The notes beneath the pieces were generated by a model, which did no database searches, was not told where the DNA came from, and saw only the letters and a program-made list of their open reading frames with translations. 64,000 nt of DNA. Origin: Escherichia coli. GTDB taxonomy: Bacteria; Pseudomonadota; Gammaproteobacteria; Enterobacterales; Enterobacteriaceae. Numbering within the stretch: position 1 is the first letter of the stretch; the number at the start of each line of letters is the position of its first letter. Below are positions 30,170-41,491 of the stretch, piece after piece. The stretch lies in assembly GCF_029227855.1 (NCBI RefSeq), contig NZ_CP074356.1; one strand, written 5' to 3'. The translations under genes and the position numbers were made by a program.

Positions 30170-31207
30170 TTAATCATCACCCGCCACGCGGATCACCACT
30201 TTGCCGAAGTTTTTACCCTTCAGCAGGCCGATAAACGTCTGTGGCGCATTCTCTAAACCATCAGTAATTTCTTCGCGGTAGTGGATTTTATCCTCTTTCA
30301 CCCATTGCCCCATCTCCTTCTGAAACTCATGGATGCGGTGACCATAATCCTGAGCGATAATAAATCCTTGCAAGCGAATACGTTTTTTCAGCACTGTAGC
30401 CATCAACAGAGGTAAACGATCCGGACCGAGTGGTAGCTCTGGTGCGTTATAGCTGCTCACTAAGCCACAAACGGGAATGCGCGCAGATGTATTAAGTAAC
30501 GGTAGCACTGCATCAAATACCTTACCGCCCACGTTTTCATAATAGATATCAATACCTTTTGGGCACGCTTTCGCCAGTTGTTCGGCAAAATCATCCGCGT
30601 GATGGTCAAGACAAACATCGAAGCCCTGCACCTCAGTAGCATGGCGGCATTTTTCCGCGCCACCGGCCACCCCAACCACTCTACAACCTTTAAGTTTGCC
30701 GATTTGACCCACCGTCGCCCCTACTGGTCCTGTCGCCGCAGCTACCACCAGCGTTTCGCCCTCTTTAGGCTGGCCGATATCCAGTAGGCCCATATAAGCA
30801 GTAAAGCCTGGCATCCCCAGCACACCCAGCGACCACGATGGATTTTGCGGATGATCGCCAAGTTTCACCAAATCATCACCACTGGATATGTCATAGTCCT
30901 GCCATCCACTGTAGCCCAGCACCCAGTCGCCAGGCTGGTAATCAGGATGATTCGACTCCACGACACGGCTCACCGTACCGCCGACCATCACGCCGCCAAT
31001 ATCAACCGGCGGTGAATAAGATGGCTCATCGCTCATACGTCCACGCATATACGGGTCCAGTGACAAATAAACTGTGCGCAGTAACACCTGTCCTTCACCC
31101 GGTGTGGCGACATCATCTTCTTCAAGACGAAAATTCTCCGGAACCGGCGCGCCATGCGGACGCGAGGCCAGAACCCAACGTCGATTACGCTGCTTTTGTT
31201 GCCCCAT
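30170..31207 (-). CDS. curA: NADPH-dependent curcumin/dihydrocurcumin reductase (MDR family)
   Basis: Start at MGQQKQ gives 345 aa; medium-chain dehydrogenase/reductase sequence. Confidence 0.85.
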   Translation of the reverse strand: MGQQKQRNRRWVLASRPHGAPVPENFRLEEDDVATPGEGQVLLRTVYLSLDPYMRGRMSDEPSYSPPVDIGGVMVGGTVSRVVESNHPDYQPGDWVLGYSGWQDYDISSGDDLVKLGDHPQNPSWSLGVLGMPGFTAYMGLLDIGQPKEGETLVVAAATGPVGATVGQIGKLKGCRVVGVAGGAEKCRHATEVQGFDVCLDHHADDFAEQLAKACPKGIDIYYENVGGKVFDAVLPLLNTSARIPVCGLVSSYNAPELPLGPDRLPLLMATVLKKRIRLQGFIIAQDYGHRIHEFQKEMGQWVKEDKIHYREEITDGLENAPQTFIGLLKGKNFGKVVIRVAGDD

Positions 31208-31387
31208 AATGCTCTCCTGTGCTTTTGGCATGAATCCATCAATAGTAGCAGGCTCACAGGAATGGTTTTGTTTGCAGCCGTCACATCCCCTCTGCAACAC
31301 GCAATAATTTCATCGAGGAATCCGTTGCTTCGGGCTGTTTTCGATAGTATTGATAACGTCATCATCATTATTTAATCGAGGCCAAAC

Positions 31388-31906
31388 ATGTCCATCCGTT
31401 TTGCCCGCAAAGCCGACTGTGCTGCCATTGCGGAAATTTATAACCACGCCGTGTTGTATACGGCGGCTATCTGGAATGACCAAACGGTGGATGCAGATAA
31501 CCGCATTGCCTGGTTCGAAGCGCGGACTTTAGCAGGTTATCCAGTGCTGGTGAGCGAGGAAAACGGCGTAGTGACGGGATATGCCTCGTTTGGCGACTGG
31601 CGTAGTTTCGATGGTTTTCGCCATACCGTGGAACATTCGGTTTATGTCCATCCCGATCATCAGGGCAAAGGTCTGGGGCGTAAATTGTTAAGCCGATTGA
31701 TTGATGAAGCGCGGGATTGCGGGAAGCATGTCATGGTCGCCGGGATCGAATCGCAAAACCAGGCTTCGCTGCATCTCCACCAGTCGCTGGGATTTGTCGT
31801 CACCGCGCAAATGCCGCAGGTAGGCACTAAATTTGGTCGTTGGCTGGATCTGACATTTATGCAGTTGCAACTCGACGAGCGCACTGAACCGGACGCGATT
31901 GGATGA
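31388..31906 (+). CDS. mnaT: GNAT-family L-amino acid N-acyltransferase
   Basis: 172 aa; GNAT fold motifs; overlaps ydcZ start by 4 nt. Confidence 0.85.
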   Translation: MSIRFARKADCAAIAEIYNHAVLYTAAIWNDQTVDADNRIAWFEARTLAGYPVLVSEENGVVTGYASFGDWRSFDGFRHTVEHSVYVHPDHQGKGLGRKLLSRLIDEARDCGKHVMVAGIESQNQASLHLHQSLGFVVTAQMPQVGTKFGRWLDLTFMQLQLDERTEPDAIG

Positions 31907-32352
31907 ATCAGTCGCTCACCCTTGCTTTTTTGATTGCCGCCGGAATTGGTCTGGTAGTCCAGAACACGCTGATGGTGCGCATCACCCAGACCTCCTCTAC
32001 CATTCTCATCGCCATGTTGCTGAACTCACTGGTGGGGATTGTGCTATTCGTCTCCATTTTATGGTTTAAACAAGGGATGGCAGGGTTTGGCGAACTGGTT
32101 TCCAGCGTGCGTTGGTGGACACTGATTCCTGGCTTGCTGGGATCATTTTTTGTCTTTGCCAGTATCAGCGGATATCAAAACGTTGGCGCGGCAACGACCA
32201 TTGCAGTACTGGTCGCCAGTCAGTTGATTGGAGGGCTGGCGCTGGATATTTTGCGTAGCCATGGTGTGCCGCTGCGGGCGCTAATCGGCCCAATTTGTGG
32301 CGCGATTTTACTCGTGGTTGGCGCCTGGCTGGTGGCCAGGCGCACATTTTAA
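31903..32352 (+). CDS. ydcZ: Inner membrane protein YdcZ (DMT-like)
   Basis: 149-aa hydrophobic ORF; synteny. Confidence 0.8.
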   Translation: MNQSLTLAFLIAAGIGLVVQNTLMVRITQTSSTILIAMLLNSLVGIVLFVSILWFKQGMAGFGELVSSVRWWTLIPGLLGSFFVFASISGYQNVGAATTIAVLVASQLIGGLALDILRSHGVPLRALIGPICGAILLVVGAWLVARRTF

Positions 32353-32586
32353 TCAGAGGATGGTGCCACCTTTGGTTAACTGTTCGTGGCGCGCTTCCAT
32401 ATCTTCTTTATGTTTGCGACCGTGATGGGCGATCGCTGTGCGCAGACGCTGCTGCTGGGTATAGCGTTCTTCCCGACTTAACTCCGCATCATCGCTCAGG
32501 GCGATTAATAATTCGTTCATATGGGCAATGACGCTCTCTTCAATCGCGGCATCCACGCGCGCGATGACTTCATCCAGATGCGACAT
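32353..32586 (-). CDS. ydcY: Small protein YdcY
   Basis: 77-aa ORF; synteny. Confidence 0.75.
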   Translation of the reverse strand: MSHLDEVIARVDAAIEESVIAHMNELLIALSDDAELSREERYTQQQRLRTAIAHHGRKHKEDMEARHEQLTKGGTIL

Positions 32587-32671
32587 ACTTTCTCCTTAGC
32601 CACTTGTGAAATTTATCGATTCATCCAAATGATATAAGTCTGCGTGGTGCCGTCAAGCCAGTGAGTAAGAT

Positions 32672-32845
32672 TTAAAACAGTGAAAACAACAGCGCCACCG
32701 GGAAACTCATCGGCCATGTTGCCCCCACCAGAAAGGCGCTTAAGAAACGGATGCGTTTCTTATCGTGAGAAAGAAACCAGGTGATAAGAAATGAGATTGC
32801 TGCCATAACCGCATAAAAAACAAGCATATGTTGATAGAGAGACAT
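32672..32845 (-). CDS. ortT: Orphan small membrane toxin OrtT (YdcX)
   Basis: 57 aa starting MSLYQHMLVFYAV..; single hydrophobic helix. Confidence 0.75.
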   Translation of the reverse strand: MSLYQHMLVFYAVMAAISFLITWFLSHDKKRIRFLSAFLVGATWPMSFPVALLFSLF

Positions 32846-33039
32846 GTACGGGCGTCCAGCCAGATGAATAAAACGCGCGCAAATATGCGTCATTTTTTGA
32901 CGTACATCAAGTTTTTTAACCGGTTTGAGAAAAAAACATCAAACAGCAACTTGCCCTTATCCATCTTCAGAATGAGTATTATTGCGGATTTTCTTAACCC
33001 GTACTATACACATAGGGGCAATGATAAAAGGTGGCAAAA

Positions 33040-33135
33040 ATGAATGTTTCCAGTAGAACTGTAGTACTGATAAATGTCTTTGCTGCTGTTGGTTTGTTTA
33101 CTCTTATCTCTATGAGATTTGGCTGGTTTATTTGA
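33040..33135 (+). CDS. yncL: Small membrane protein YncL
   Basis: 31-aa ORF MNVSSRTVVLINVFAAVGLFTLISMRFGWFI with RBS aaaggtgg; below ORF-track length cut-off. Confidence 0.7.
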   Translation: MNVSSRTVVLINVFAAVGLFTLISMRFGWFI

Positions 33136-33157
33136 TGTAGTGATTTTGCACGCAGCA

Positions 33158-33192
33158 CGTACTGTCAGAGAAATCAGTGCTCTGACAGTACG
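33158..33192. repeat. Perfect 13-bp inverted repeat (hairpin) between yncL and patD
   Basis: cgtactgtcagag-aaatcagtg-ctctgacagtacg; no U-run follows, so not a canonical terminator. Confidence 0.5.
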
Positions 33193-33231
33193 CAAGATCT
33201 TCTCATACTCTTACGATCTGCAATATTATCC

Positions 33232-34656
33232 TTAATGTTTAACCATGACGTGGCGGACGACGGTGTAATCCTCCAGCCCATAAAGTGACATATCCTTGCC
33301 GTAACCAGAAAGTTTCTGCCCACCGTGCGGCATTTCACTTACCAGCATGAAATGGGTATTGACCCAGGTACAACCATATTGCAGCCGCGCGCTGACGCGA
33401 TGCGCCCTGCCCACATCTTTCGTCCATACCGAGGATGCAAGTCCGTACTGGCTGTCATTTGCCCAGTTTACCACCTGTTCTTCATTGTCGAAGAGCGTAA
33501 CACTCACTACTGGACCAAATACCTCTTTTTGCACGATGGCATCGTCCTGTAATGCGCCAGCCAGTAGCGTCGGCGCATAGTAATAGCCATTACCCTTGCG
33601 CTTTTCACCGCCAGTGATCACTTTGATGTGCCCTGTCGCTTTCGCCTCTTCTACCGCCTTGCTGACGCGTTCGAGATGCGCCAGCGAACTTAAAGGTCCA
33701 AGCTCCGTAGAGTCGTCATCCGGCGCACCCGATTTTAACGTTGCCACTGCAGCACCAAGTTTTTCCACCAGCGTATCGTAAATGCCTTTTTGCGCATAGA
33801 TCCGACAAGCCGCTGTACAATCCTGTCCGGCATTGTAATAGCCAAAAGTACGTACACCTTCGACCACCGCTTCAATATCCGCATCATCAAAAACTATCAC
33901 TGGCGCTTTGCCACCAAGTTCCATATGAGTACGCTTTATGGACGGCGCAGTATGGCTGATGATGTGTTCCCCAGTGGCGATAGAGCCCGTCAGCGACACC
34001 ATCCGCACTTTAGGATGTCCGGTCAGCGGATCGCCCACCGTTTTGCCTCTGCCAAACAGTACGTTAATCACGCCTGCCGGGAAGATATCTTTCGCCAGCT
34101 CTGCCAACTTCAACGCGGTCAGCGGGGTAATTTCTGATGGTTTAAGCACTACGCAGTTTCCTGCCGCCAGCGCCGGAGCCAGTTTCCACGCGGCCATCAT
34201 CAGCGGATAATTCCACGGTGCGATCGAAGCCACGACCCCCAACGGATCGCGACGGATCATCGAAGTATGACCTTTAAGATATTCACCTGCCGCCAGACCA
34301 TTCAGACAGCGCGCCGCACCAGCGAAAAAGCGAAAAACATCGACAATCGCCGGGATTTCATCATTGAACGCACTATGCAGCGGTTTGCCACAATTACGGG
34401 ACTCCAGTTCGGCAAAAACCTGACCATTTTCTTCGATAACATCAGCCAGTTTCAGCAGACATTCCGCACGCACTTTCGGCGTGGTTTGCCCCCATTCGGC
34501 AAATGCTGCATCTGCCGCGCGCACAGCAGCATCGACCTGCTCTGCGGATGCCTCGGCAATCTCCAGTAAAACGTCCCCCGTTGCCGGATTATAGACAGGC
34601 TGTTTTTCCCCTTCGCCGCTAACCAGTTCTCCGTTAATCAGTAAATTATGTTGCAT
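33232..34656 (-). CDS. patD: Gamma-aminobutyraldehyde dehydrogenase
   Basis: 474-aa aldehyde dehydrogenase family sequence. Confidence 0.9.
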   Translation of the reverse strand: MQHNLLINGELVSGEGEKQPVYNPATGDVLLEIAEASAEQVDAAVRAADAAFAEWGQTTPKVRAECLLKLADVIEENGQVFAELESRNCGKPLHSAFNDEIPAIVDVFRFFAGAARCLNGLAAGEYLKGHTSMIRRDPLGVVASIAPWNYPLMMAAWKLAPALAAGNCVVLKPSEITPLTALKLAELAKDIFPAGVINVLFGRGKTVGDPLTGHPKVRMVSLTGSIATGEHIISHTAPSIKRTHMELGGKAPVIVFDDADIEAVVEGVRTFGYYNAGQDCTAACRIYAQKGIYDTLVEKLGAAVATLKSGAPDDDSTELGPLSSLAHLERVSKAVEEAKATGHIKVITGGEKRKGNGYYYAPTLLAGALQDDAIVQKEVFGPVVSVTLFDNEEQVVNWANDSQYGLASSVWTKDVGRAHRVSARLQYGCTWVNTHFMLVSEMPHGGQKLSGYGKDMSLYGLEDYTVVRHVMVKH

Positions 34657-34677
34657 AGCATATTCCTGTATCAGTGG

Positions 34678-35472
34678 TTATTGACCATTGTCGCCTTCGC
34701 GGGTTAGCCACCAGGCCCCCAGGATCGGCAAGGTTGTTACCAACATAACCAGCAGTGCCACCACGTTGGTTACCGGTACATCACGCGGTCGCCCAAGCTG
34801 ATTGAGCAACCACAACGGTAACGTTCGTTCATGACCTGCCGTAAAGGTCGTCACGATGATTTCATCGAACGACAAGGCAAACGCCAGCATTCCTCCTGCC
34901 AGTAGCGCCGAACTGAGATTCGGCAACACTACGTAGCGGAAGGTTTGCCAGCCATTGGCCCCAAGATCCATTGATGCCTCAACCAGACTCCACGAGGTGC
35001 GGCGAAAACGGGCGATGACATTGTTAAACACCACCACTACGCAAAAAGTCGCATGGCCGACCACGATGGTGAAAAATCCCGGCTCCAGATTGATGGTTTT
35101 AAAGGCGGTTAATAGCACCAGACCAGTGACAATGCCCGGCAGCGCAATGGGCAGCAGCAGTAACAGCGAAATGGCATTTTTGCCGAAAAAGTCTCGTCGC
35201 CACAGCGCAGCAGCTGCCAGCGTCCCTAACACCAGCGCGATTAATGTCGCCAGCGCTGCCACTTTAAGTGACAGTGTCACTGCATCAAGAATATCACTAC
35301 GCTGTGCTGCCACGCTAAACCAGCGCAGCGTCAGGCCTTGCGGTGGAAAACTAAACGCCGCATCTTCAGTGTTAAACGCATAGGCGGCGATAATCAGGAT
35401 GGGAAAATGTAGGAAAACCACGCCGCCCCAGGCCGCCAGTTTGAGGAAAAACGGTGCGCGTTCAGAGTGCAT
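34678..35472 (-). CDS. ydcV: ABC transporter permease
   Basis: 264-aa membrane permease; operon position. Confidence 0.85.
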   Translation of the reverse strand: MHSERAPFFLKLAAWGGVVFLHFPILIIAAYAFNTEDAAFSFPPQGLTLRWFSVAAQRSDILDAVTLSLKVAALATLIALVLGTLAAAALWRRDFFGKNAISLLLLLPIALPGIVTGLVLLTAFKTINLEPGFFTIVVGHATFCVVVVFNNVIARFRRTSWSLVEASMDLGANGWQTFRYVVLPNLSSALLAGGMLAFALSFDEIIVTTFTAGHERTLPLWLLNQLGRPRDVPVTNVVALLVMLVTTLPILGAWWLTREGDNGQ

Positions 35473-36403
35473 CGAACGCTCCCAGACGTTTCACGAACGC
35501 CAGGTACAGTGCGATAAGAACAATCGGCACCAGGGTGAATGCCGCCGCCATCGGCATATTGCCAATCGCTCCCTGCTGGGAATAAACCATATTGCCGATA
35601 AAATATCCTGGAGGGCCAACCAGCTGAGGAACAATAAAATCGCCCAGTGTGAGTGAAAAGGTAAAGATAGAGCCAGCGGCAATACCAGGGATTGCCAGCG
35701 GCAGCACCACATAGCGAAAGGTTTGCCGTGGACGCGCGCCAAGATCAGCCGACGCCTGCAACAATGACAGCGGCAAACGCTCAAGCGCCGCCTGCACGGG
35801 CAGGATCATGAACGGCAACCAGATATAGAGAAACACCAGAAAGCGCCCCAGCCCGGAAGTTGACAGCGTATTGCCGCCCACCGCAGGTAATGTAAGGAAC
35901 GCAGTCAGCAGTGGTTCCAGCCCAAGATGTTGTAAAAACCACTGAGCCACGCCATCTTTTGCCAGCAATAACGTCCAGGCATAGGCTTTAACAATGTAGC
36001 TCGCCCACATCGGCAACATTACCGCAATATAAAAAAACGCTTTCATTTTCCCGCTGGTATAGCGCGCCATATACCACGCCATTGGAAAAGCCAGAATGGC
36101 GCTGGCGATAGTGACTGCCACAGCCATGGTCAGCGTGCGGAGAATGATGTCGTAATTCGCTGGATTAAACAGCGCACGGATATTCGCCAGCGTCAGTTCC
36201 GGCGTTACCGACATGGTGAAATCGTCAAAAGTATAAAAGCCCTGCCATAACAGCGTTAACAGCGAGCCGAAATAGACAATGCCAAACCACATTAGCGGGC
36301 CAAGCAGTAGCAAAAATAGCCCCAGTCCTGGTTTTCGCCAGAAAAAGCCGGATATCTTTCCAACTCCTGGACGTGAAGGTGATTGCAATACGTTCATCGC
36401 CAT
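35462..36403 (-). CDS. ydcU: ABC transporter permease
   Basis: 313-aa membrane permease; overlaps ydcV start. Confidence 0.85.
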   Translation of the reverse strand: MAMNVLQSPSRPGVGKISGFFWRKPGLGLFLLLLGPLMWFGIVYFGSLLTLLWQGFYTFDDFTMSVTPELTLANIRALFNPANYDIILRTLTMAVAVTIASAILAFPMAWYMARYTSGKMKAFFYIAVMLPMWASYIVKAYAWTLLLAKDGVAQWFLQHLGLEPLLTAFLTLPAVGGNTLSTSGLGRFLVFLYIWLPFMILPVQAALERLPLSLLQASADLGARPRQTFRYVVLPLAIPGIAAGSIFTFSLTLGDFIVPQLVGPPGYFIGNMVYSQQGAIGNMPMAAAFTLVPIVLIALYLAFVKRLGAFDAL

Positions 36404-37417
36404 TCACCTCTCCTCAACCAGCGATACCATCACATCACGCGACCAGGAAACCATCACCTGTTGTCCGGGCGTGAGCGTGGCGGGCAGTTCTTCGCCTGTC
36501 ATATTGGCCTGACTCACAAGCAGTTTTTCACCGCCGCTCAATTTCAGTTCAAAACGAGTTGCCGCGCCCTGATATTGCACCGCCTGGATCGTGCCATTGG
36601 CCTGCAGTTCACCAGGGGTGTTGAGGCGGATATGTTCCGGTCGCAGGGCGAAGCTTCCCGTCATGCCACAAAGTTTCTCTGCCATCAGTCCATCAAAAAC
36701 ATTCGATGTACCAACGAACCCGGCAACAAACGGCGTGCGCGGGCGCATATAGAGATCACGCGGGGAATCGACCTGCTCAATGCGTCCATTATTGAAAACC
36801 GCCACACGATCGGACATCGATAACGCTTCGCCCTGATCGTGGGTAACGAAGATAAAAGTGATACCGAGAGACTGTTGCAGCTTTTTCAGTTCCAGTTGCA
36901 TCTGCTCACGCAATTTGAGATCCAGTGCGCCGAGCGGTTCATCCAGCAATAACACACGCGGTTCGTTCACCAGTGCTCTGGCGATGGCGACTCGCTGGCG
37001 CTGACCACCAGAAAGTTGTGACGGTTTGCGTTGCTGTACAAACCCCAACGCCACTTTCTCCAGCGCCTCTTGCGCCATTGCGTGTCGCTGCTTTTTATTC
37101 ACGCCTTTGACCATCAGCCCATAGGCGACATTGTCAAGAATCGACATATGCGGAAATAGTGCGTAGTCCTGGAAGACAGTATTCACGTCCCGCTCCCACG
37201 GTGGCAGATTGCTGGCGGGTTTACCAAAGATAGAGATAGCCCCGCCGGAAAGCTGTTCGAAGCCAGCAATCAGGCGCAGGCAGGTGGTTTTGCCGGAGCC
37301 GGACGGCCCCAGCATAGAGAAGAACTCACCATCTTTTATCGCAATACTGACGCCATCTACTGCGCGCACGTCACCGTACAACCGCGAGACGTTGTCAAAC
37401 TCCACTGCGTACGTCAT
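36404..37417 (-). CDS. ydcT: ABC transporter ATP-binding protein
   Basis: 337 aa; Walker A GPSGSGKTT, signature LSGGQRQR. Confidence 0.9.
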   Translation of the reverse strand: MTYAVEFDNVSRLYGDVRAVDGVSIAIKDGEFFSMLGPSGSGKTTCLRLIAGFEQLSGGAISIFGKPASNLPPWERDVNTVFQDYALFPHMSILDNVAYGLMVKGVNKKQRHAMAQEALEKVALGFVQQRKPSQLSGGQRQRVAIARALVNEPRVLLLDEPLGALDLKLREQMQLELKKLQQSLGITFIFVTHDQGEALSMSDRVAVFNNGRIEQVDSPRDLYMRPRTPFVAGFVGTSNVFDGLMAEKLCGMTGSFALRPEHIRLNTPGELQANGTIQAVQYQGAATRFELKLSGGEKLLVSQANMTGEELPATLTPGQQVMVSWSRDVMVSLVEER

Positions 37418-37434
37418 AAAACACCCCAGCGAAG

Positions 37435-38580
37435 TTAGCGACCGCCCATAATGGCAATGTAATCCTGCGTCCAGCGACTGTAGGGAACAAACTTGCCCCC
37501 TTCTGCTATAGGTGTTTTCCAGAAGGCGATTTTATCGAAATAGTTAAAACCGTTTGTTTCACACCCTTTCTCGCCTAATAACGGACTGGCTTTACACCCT
37601 TCCGGCACTACCGGTAACGAGCCAAACCAGGCCGCCACATCGCCCTGCACTTTTGGCGTTAATGACCAGTTCATCCATTTGTAGGCGCAAACCGGATGTT
37701 TCGCTTCACTATGTAGCATGGTGGTGTCAGCCCAACCGGTAACGCCCTCTTTCGGGAATACGGTCGCGACAGGCTGGCCTTCGGCTTTCAGGGCGTTGGC
37801 CTGATAGGGCCATGCACTGGAAGCAACCACACCCTCGTTTTTGAAATCGCTCATTTGCACGGTAGTGTCATGCCAGTAGCGATGGATCAAACTATGTTGA
37901 TCGCGCAGCACTTTCAGCACCGCCTGGTACTGTTCTTCGGTGAGTTGATACGGATCGCTGATGCCCAACTGCGGCTGAGTGGCTTTAACGAACAACGCAG
38001 CGTCCGCAATGTAGATAGGGCCATCATAAGCCTGAACGCGGCCTTTATTGCTCTTGCCGTCCGGCAGATTCTGCTCAACAAAAACCACTTGCCAGCTATC
38101 CGGCGGCGTCGGGAAGGTTTTAGTGTTGTACATCAGCAGGTTCGGTCCCCATTGGTAAGGTGTGCCGTAAACTTTGCCGCCAACGTTAAACCAGTCGCCT
38201 TTAACCACGCGCGGATCGAGCGCTTTCCAGTTGGGAATCAAGGCGGTATTAATCGGCTGCACGCGTTTGCCCATAATCAAACGCAGCGAGGCATCGCCAG
38301 ATGCCGTAACCAGATCGTAACCCCCTTTGGTCATCAGACTGACCATTTCATCGGAAGTCGCGGCGGTTTTCACATTCACCGCGCAGCCTGTCTCTTTTTC
38401 GAATTGCGTTACCCAGTCGTATTGTTTATCAGTTTGTCCGCGTTCGATGTATCCCGGCCAGGCGATAATATCCAGTCGCCCTTCCGGTTTATCTAAATTG
38501 GTAGGCGGTTCGGCGGCGTGAGCGGTCATTATTGTCATGGTGAGCGCACACAGGCTGCTGCGGGCAAATGTCTTGCTCAT
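37435..38580 (-). CDS. ydcS: Periplasmic substrate-binding protein (polyamine-type) of ABC transporter
   Basis: 381 aa with signal peptide. Confidence 0.85.
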   Translation of the reverse strand: MSKTFARSSLCALTMTIMTAHAAEPPTNLDKPEGRLDIIAWPGYIERGQTDKQYDWVTQFEKETGCAVNVKTAATSDEMVSLMTKGGYDLVTASGDASLRLIMGKRVQPINTALIPNWKALDPRVVKGDWFNVGGKVYGTPYQWGPNLLMYNTKTFPTPPDSWQVVFVEQNLPDGKSNKGRVQAYDGPIYIADAALFVKATQPQLGISDPYQLTEEQYQAVLKVLRDQHSLIHRYWHDTTVQMSDFKNEGVVASSAWPYQANALKAEGQPVATVFPKEGVTGWADTTMLHSEAKHPVCAYKWMNWSLTPKVQGDVAAWFGSLPVVPEGCKASPLLGEKGCETNGFNYFDKIAFWKTPIAEGGKFVPYSRWTQDYIAIMGGR

Positions 38581-38824
38581 AAGGTCTTACTCCTGTCGTA
38601 ATTAATTGTTCAGCCGCCGTGCCGTAAAAATATCTCCTTGTTTAACCATAGACGGCGGCTTGCAGGCACACCTTCGCCCCTGAGAAAATTTAATCAGGTT
38701 GTGAGCTACCGCGCATTATGCCGTCTGTAAGGTTATCTTCTGGAGTATAGACAAGGAGTTAGGAAATATGACTGCTATTCGAAATTCATATTACTTAACC
38801 TGAGAGGAATTAAATTAAACGCTA

Positions 38825-40231
38825 TTACAGTCGTTCTTGAATAAGTTTGCCTAATTGTTTAACCGCCTGTTCTTCGCGCTCGCCCCACTGCCACGCGGTA
38901 TTAAAACGGAAAAAACGTGACCAGTTTTCACCGGTAGAAAACATTTTACCCGGCGCAATACTGATATGATGCGCCAGTGCCTCCAGGCTTAATTCGCCCG
39001 CATCTAACGGCGCGGGGAGCTCCAGCCAGAGAAAATAACCGCTGTCATTATGATGAATTTTCACTTCCGCAGGCAGATAACGCAGCAGTGCCTGCCAGGC
39101 ACGTTGTTTACGCTCCGCAAGCTGGCGACGCAAGCGACGAAGATGGGCGTCGTATCGGCGCGTGGAAAGGTAATCCACCAGTGCAAGCTGCATCGGTGAG
39201 CTGGTGGAAAGCGTACTCATCAACTGCAAGCGTTGAATTTTACGGGCATGTTTTCCGGCGGCGACCCAACCAATACGAAAACCAGGCACCAGACATTTCG
39301 AAAACGAAGAGCAATACAAAACGCCATCGTGGCGATCCCACGCTTTCGCAGGCAGCGGTTTTTCCCGTCCAAAATAAAGTTCGCTGTACACGTCATCTTC
39401 AATCAGCGTTACGTTGTACTGATTGAGCAACGCTACCAGACTCGCTTTTTTCTGCGGCGTTAAGGTAAATCCGAGTGGATTCTGGCTATTAGTCATCAGC
39501 CAGCACGCTTTCACCGGATACTCCTGCAACGCCAGTTCCAGCGCCTTGAGATCAATCCCTTCTTTAACGTCCGTCGCCACCGATAACGCCTTCAGCCGTA
39601 ACCGCTCCAGCGCCTGCAACGCGCCGTAGAAACAAGGATTCTCAACTATCACCCAATCGCCCGGTTCAGTTACCGCTTGCAAACTGAGGTTTAATGCCTC
39701 TAACGCCCCGGCGGTAATGACAATTTCATCAGGAGAGATAGTGATGCCCTGTAAGGCATAGCGACGAGCAATAGCCTGACGCAGTTCTGCGTTTCCTGGC
39801 GGTAAGTTTTCAATCACGCTCATCGCCGTGGCGGTTTTGCTTACCTGCGCCAACGAGCGGTTGAGTTGTTGAAGCGGAAACAGTCGCGGGTCGGGAAAGG
39901 CCGAGGCAAACGGAACTACCGACGGATCGCGACTGGCCTGCAACATATCAAAAATATAGGTGTTGATATCGACTGCTTCATCTCGAGTGACAGGAATGAC
40001 TGGCGCTTTCGGCATTTTTATTGCCTGTGGCGCAACGTAATAACCCGATTGCGGTCGAGCGATAATATGTCCCTGACTTTCGAGCAACTGATAGGCATGG
40101 CTGACAGTCATAAAGCTCATGCCAGAAAGCGCCACCTGGTCACGCAACGAAGGCAAACGATCGCCAGGTTGCCAGATACCCGACGCAATCTGCTCGCGTA
40201 ATTGTTCTGCAAGCTGCTGGTATTTTTTCAT
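38825..40231 (-). CDS. ydcR: MocR-family regulator (GntR HTH fused to aminotransferase-like domain)
   Basis: 468 aa; N-terminal HTH, C-terminal PLP-fold domain. Confidence 0.85.
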   Translation of the reverse strand: MKKYQQLAEQLREQIASGIWQPGDRLPSLRDQVALSGMSFMTVSHAYQLLESQGHIIARPQSGYYVAPQAIKMPKAPVIPVTRDEAVDINTYIFDMLQASRDPSVVPFASAFPDPRLFPLQQLNRSLAQVSKTATAMSVIENLPPGNAELRQAIARRYALQGITISPDEIVITAGALEALNLSLQAVTEPGDWVIVENPCFYGALQALERLRLKALSVATDVKEGIDLKALELALQEYPVKACWLMTNSQNPLGFTLTPQKKASLVALLNQYNVTLIEDDVYSELYFGREKPLPAKAWDRHDGVLYCSSFSKCLVPGFRIGWVAAGKHARKIQRLQLMSTLSTSSPMQLALVDYLSTRRYDAHLRRLRRQLAERKQRAWQALLRYLPAEVKIHHNDSGYFLWLELPAPLDAGELSLEALAHHISIAPGKMFSTGENWSRFFRFNTAWQWGEREEQAVKQLGKLIQERL

Positions 40232-40309
40232 TATCGAATCGTAATTATGTGCAGATGATTCGGCAGTCTATATCAGTTGTTAAAAATGACAACTTTTCGT
40301 TAACTGTAA

Positions 40310-40726
<417 letters not shown>

Positions 40727-40771
40727 AATTTCGACTGTCTCTCGCATGTCATTAACCTTTTTAATTGGCGA

Positions 40772-40948
40772 TTAACTCAAACCGAGTTGCTTCAGGATTG
40801 CTTTACGCAATGGTTCTTTTATCTCATCACTGGGGTGACGCGGCATGACACTGCGTCGCCCTTGAAACCTGAGTTTCAAATGGTTGCTGCCATTCGCTAC
40901 ATCGACGCCCTGAGATTCGAGCCAACGTCTGAACTCGCTTTGTTTCAC
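40772..40948 (-). CDS. hicA: Toxin HicA (mRNA interferase)
   Basis: Hand-translated 58-aa ORF MKQSEFRRWLESQGVDVANGSNHLKLRFQGRRSVMPRHPSDEIKEPLRKAILKQLGLS with GTG start; below ORF-track cut-off. Confidence 0.8.
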   Translation of the reverse strand: MKQSEFRRWLESQGVDVANGSNHLKLRFQGRRSVMPRHPSDEIKEPLRKAILKQLGLS

Positions 40949-41169
40949 ATCGCCTCCCTGCCGCTGAGTATATCAACAAAGTAAACATTAGTGTTTACCT
41001 CCGTGTGTAATTTGCTCGAAAATAGCACTAAATCGCCGCAACGGCAGAATGCAATGCAAAATCAGGAAGGAAGATTCCAGAATTTCTTTGCGCTAATTTG
41101 CAAAACTGAATAATAACCTCAAGAAACTATCGGCATCATAGCGGCAAAAGGTGAGAAAAAGGTGGCGGG

Positions 41170-41400
41170 ATGTTTACGAAGGCGTTATCGGTTGTCTTAT
41201 TAACGTGTGCGCTGTTCTCAGGACAACTCATGGCAGGGCACAAAGGACATGAATTTATGTGGGTAAAGAATGTGGATCATCAGCTACGTCATGAAGCGGA
41301 CAGCGATGAATTGCGTGCCGTGGCGGAAGAGTCGGCGGAAGGTTTGCGCGAGCATTTTTACTGGCAAAAATCGCGCAAACCAGAAGCGGGACAACGTTGA
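41170..41400 (+). CDS. yncJ: Small secreted protein YncJ
   Basis: 76 aa with signal peptide. Confidence 0.8.
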   Translation: MFTKALSVVLLTCALFSGQLMAGHKGHEFMWVKNVDHQLRHEADSDELRAVAEESAEGLREHFYWQKSRKPEAGQR

Positions 41401-41410
41401 GTCATTTATT

Positions 41411-41440
41411 GCCGGATGCGGCGTGACGCCTTACCCGGCC
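41411..41440. repeat. REP element
   Basis: gccggatgcggcgtgacgccttacccggcc matches the E. coli REP consensus. Confidence 0.65.
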
Positions 41441-41491
41441 AACAATATCATGCAGATTCAATAAGTTGTGAGTAACCAGAAAACTGGCGTT

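Noticed and set aside
30121-30170. Hairpin ggcggcttacgccgcc downstream of curA as an intrinsic terminator
   Set aside because: The stem is present but no U-run follows on the curA (minus) strand, so it was not called as a terminator.
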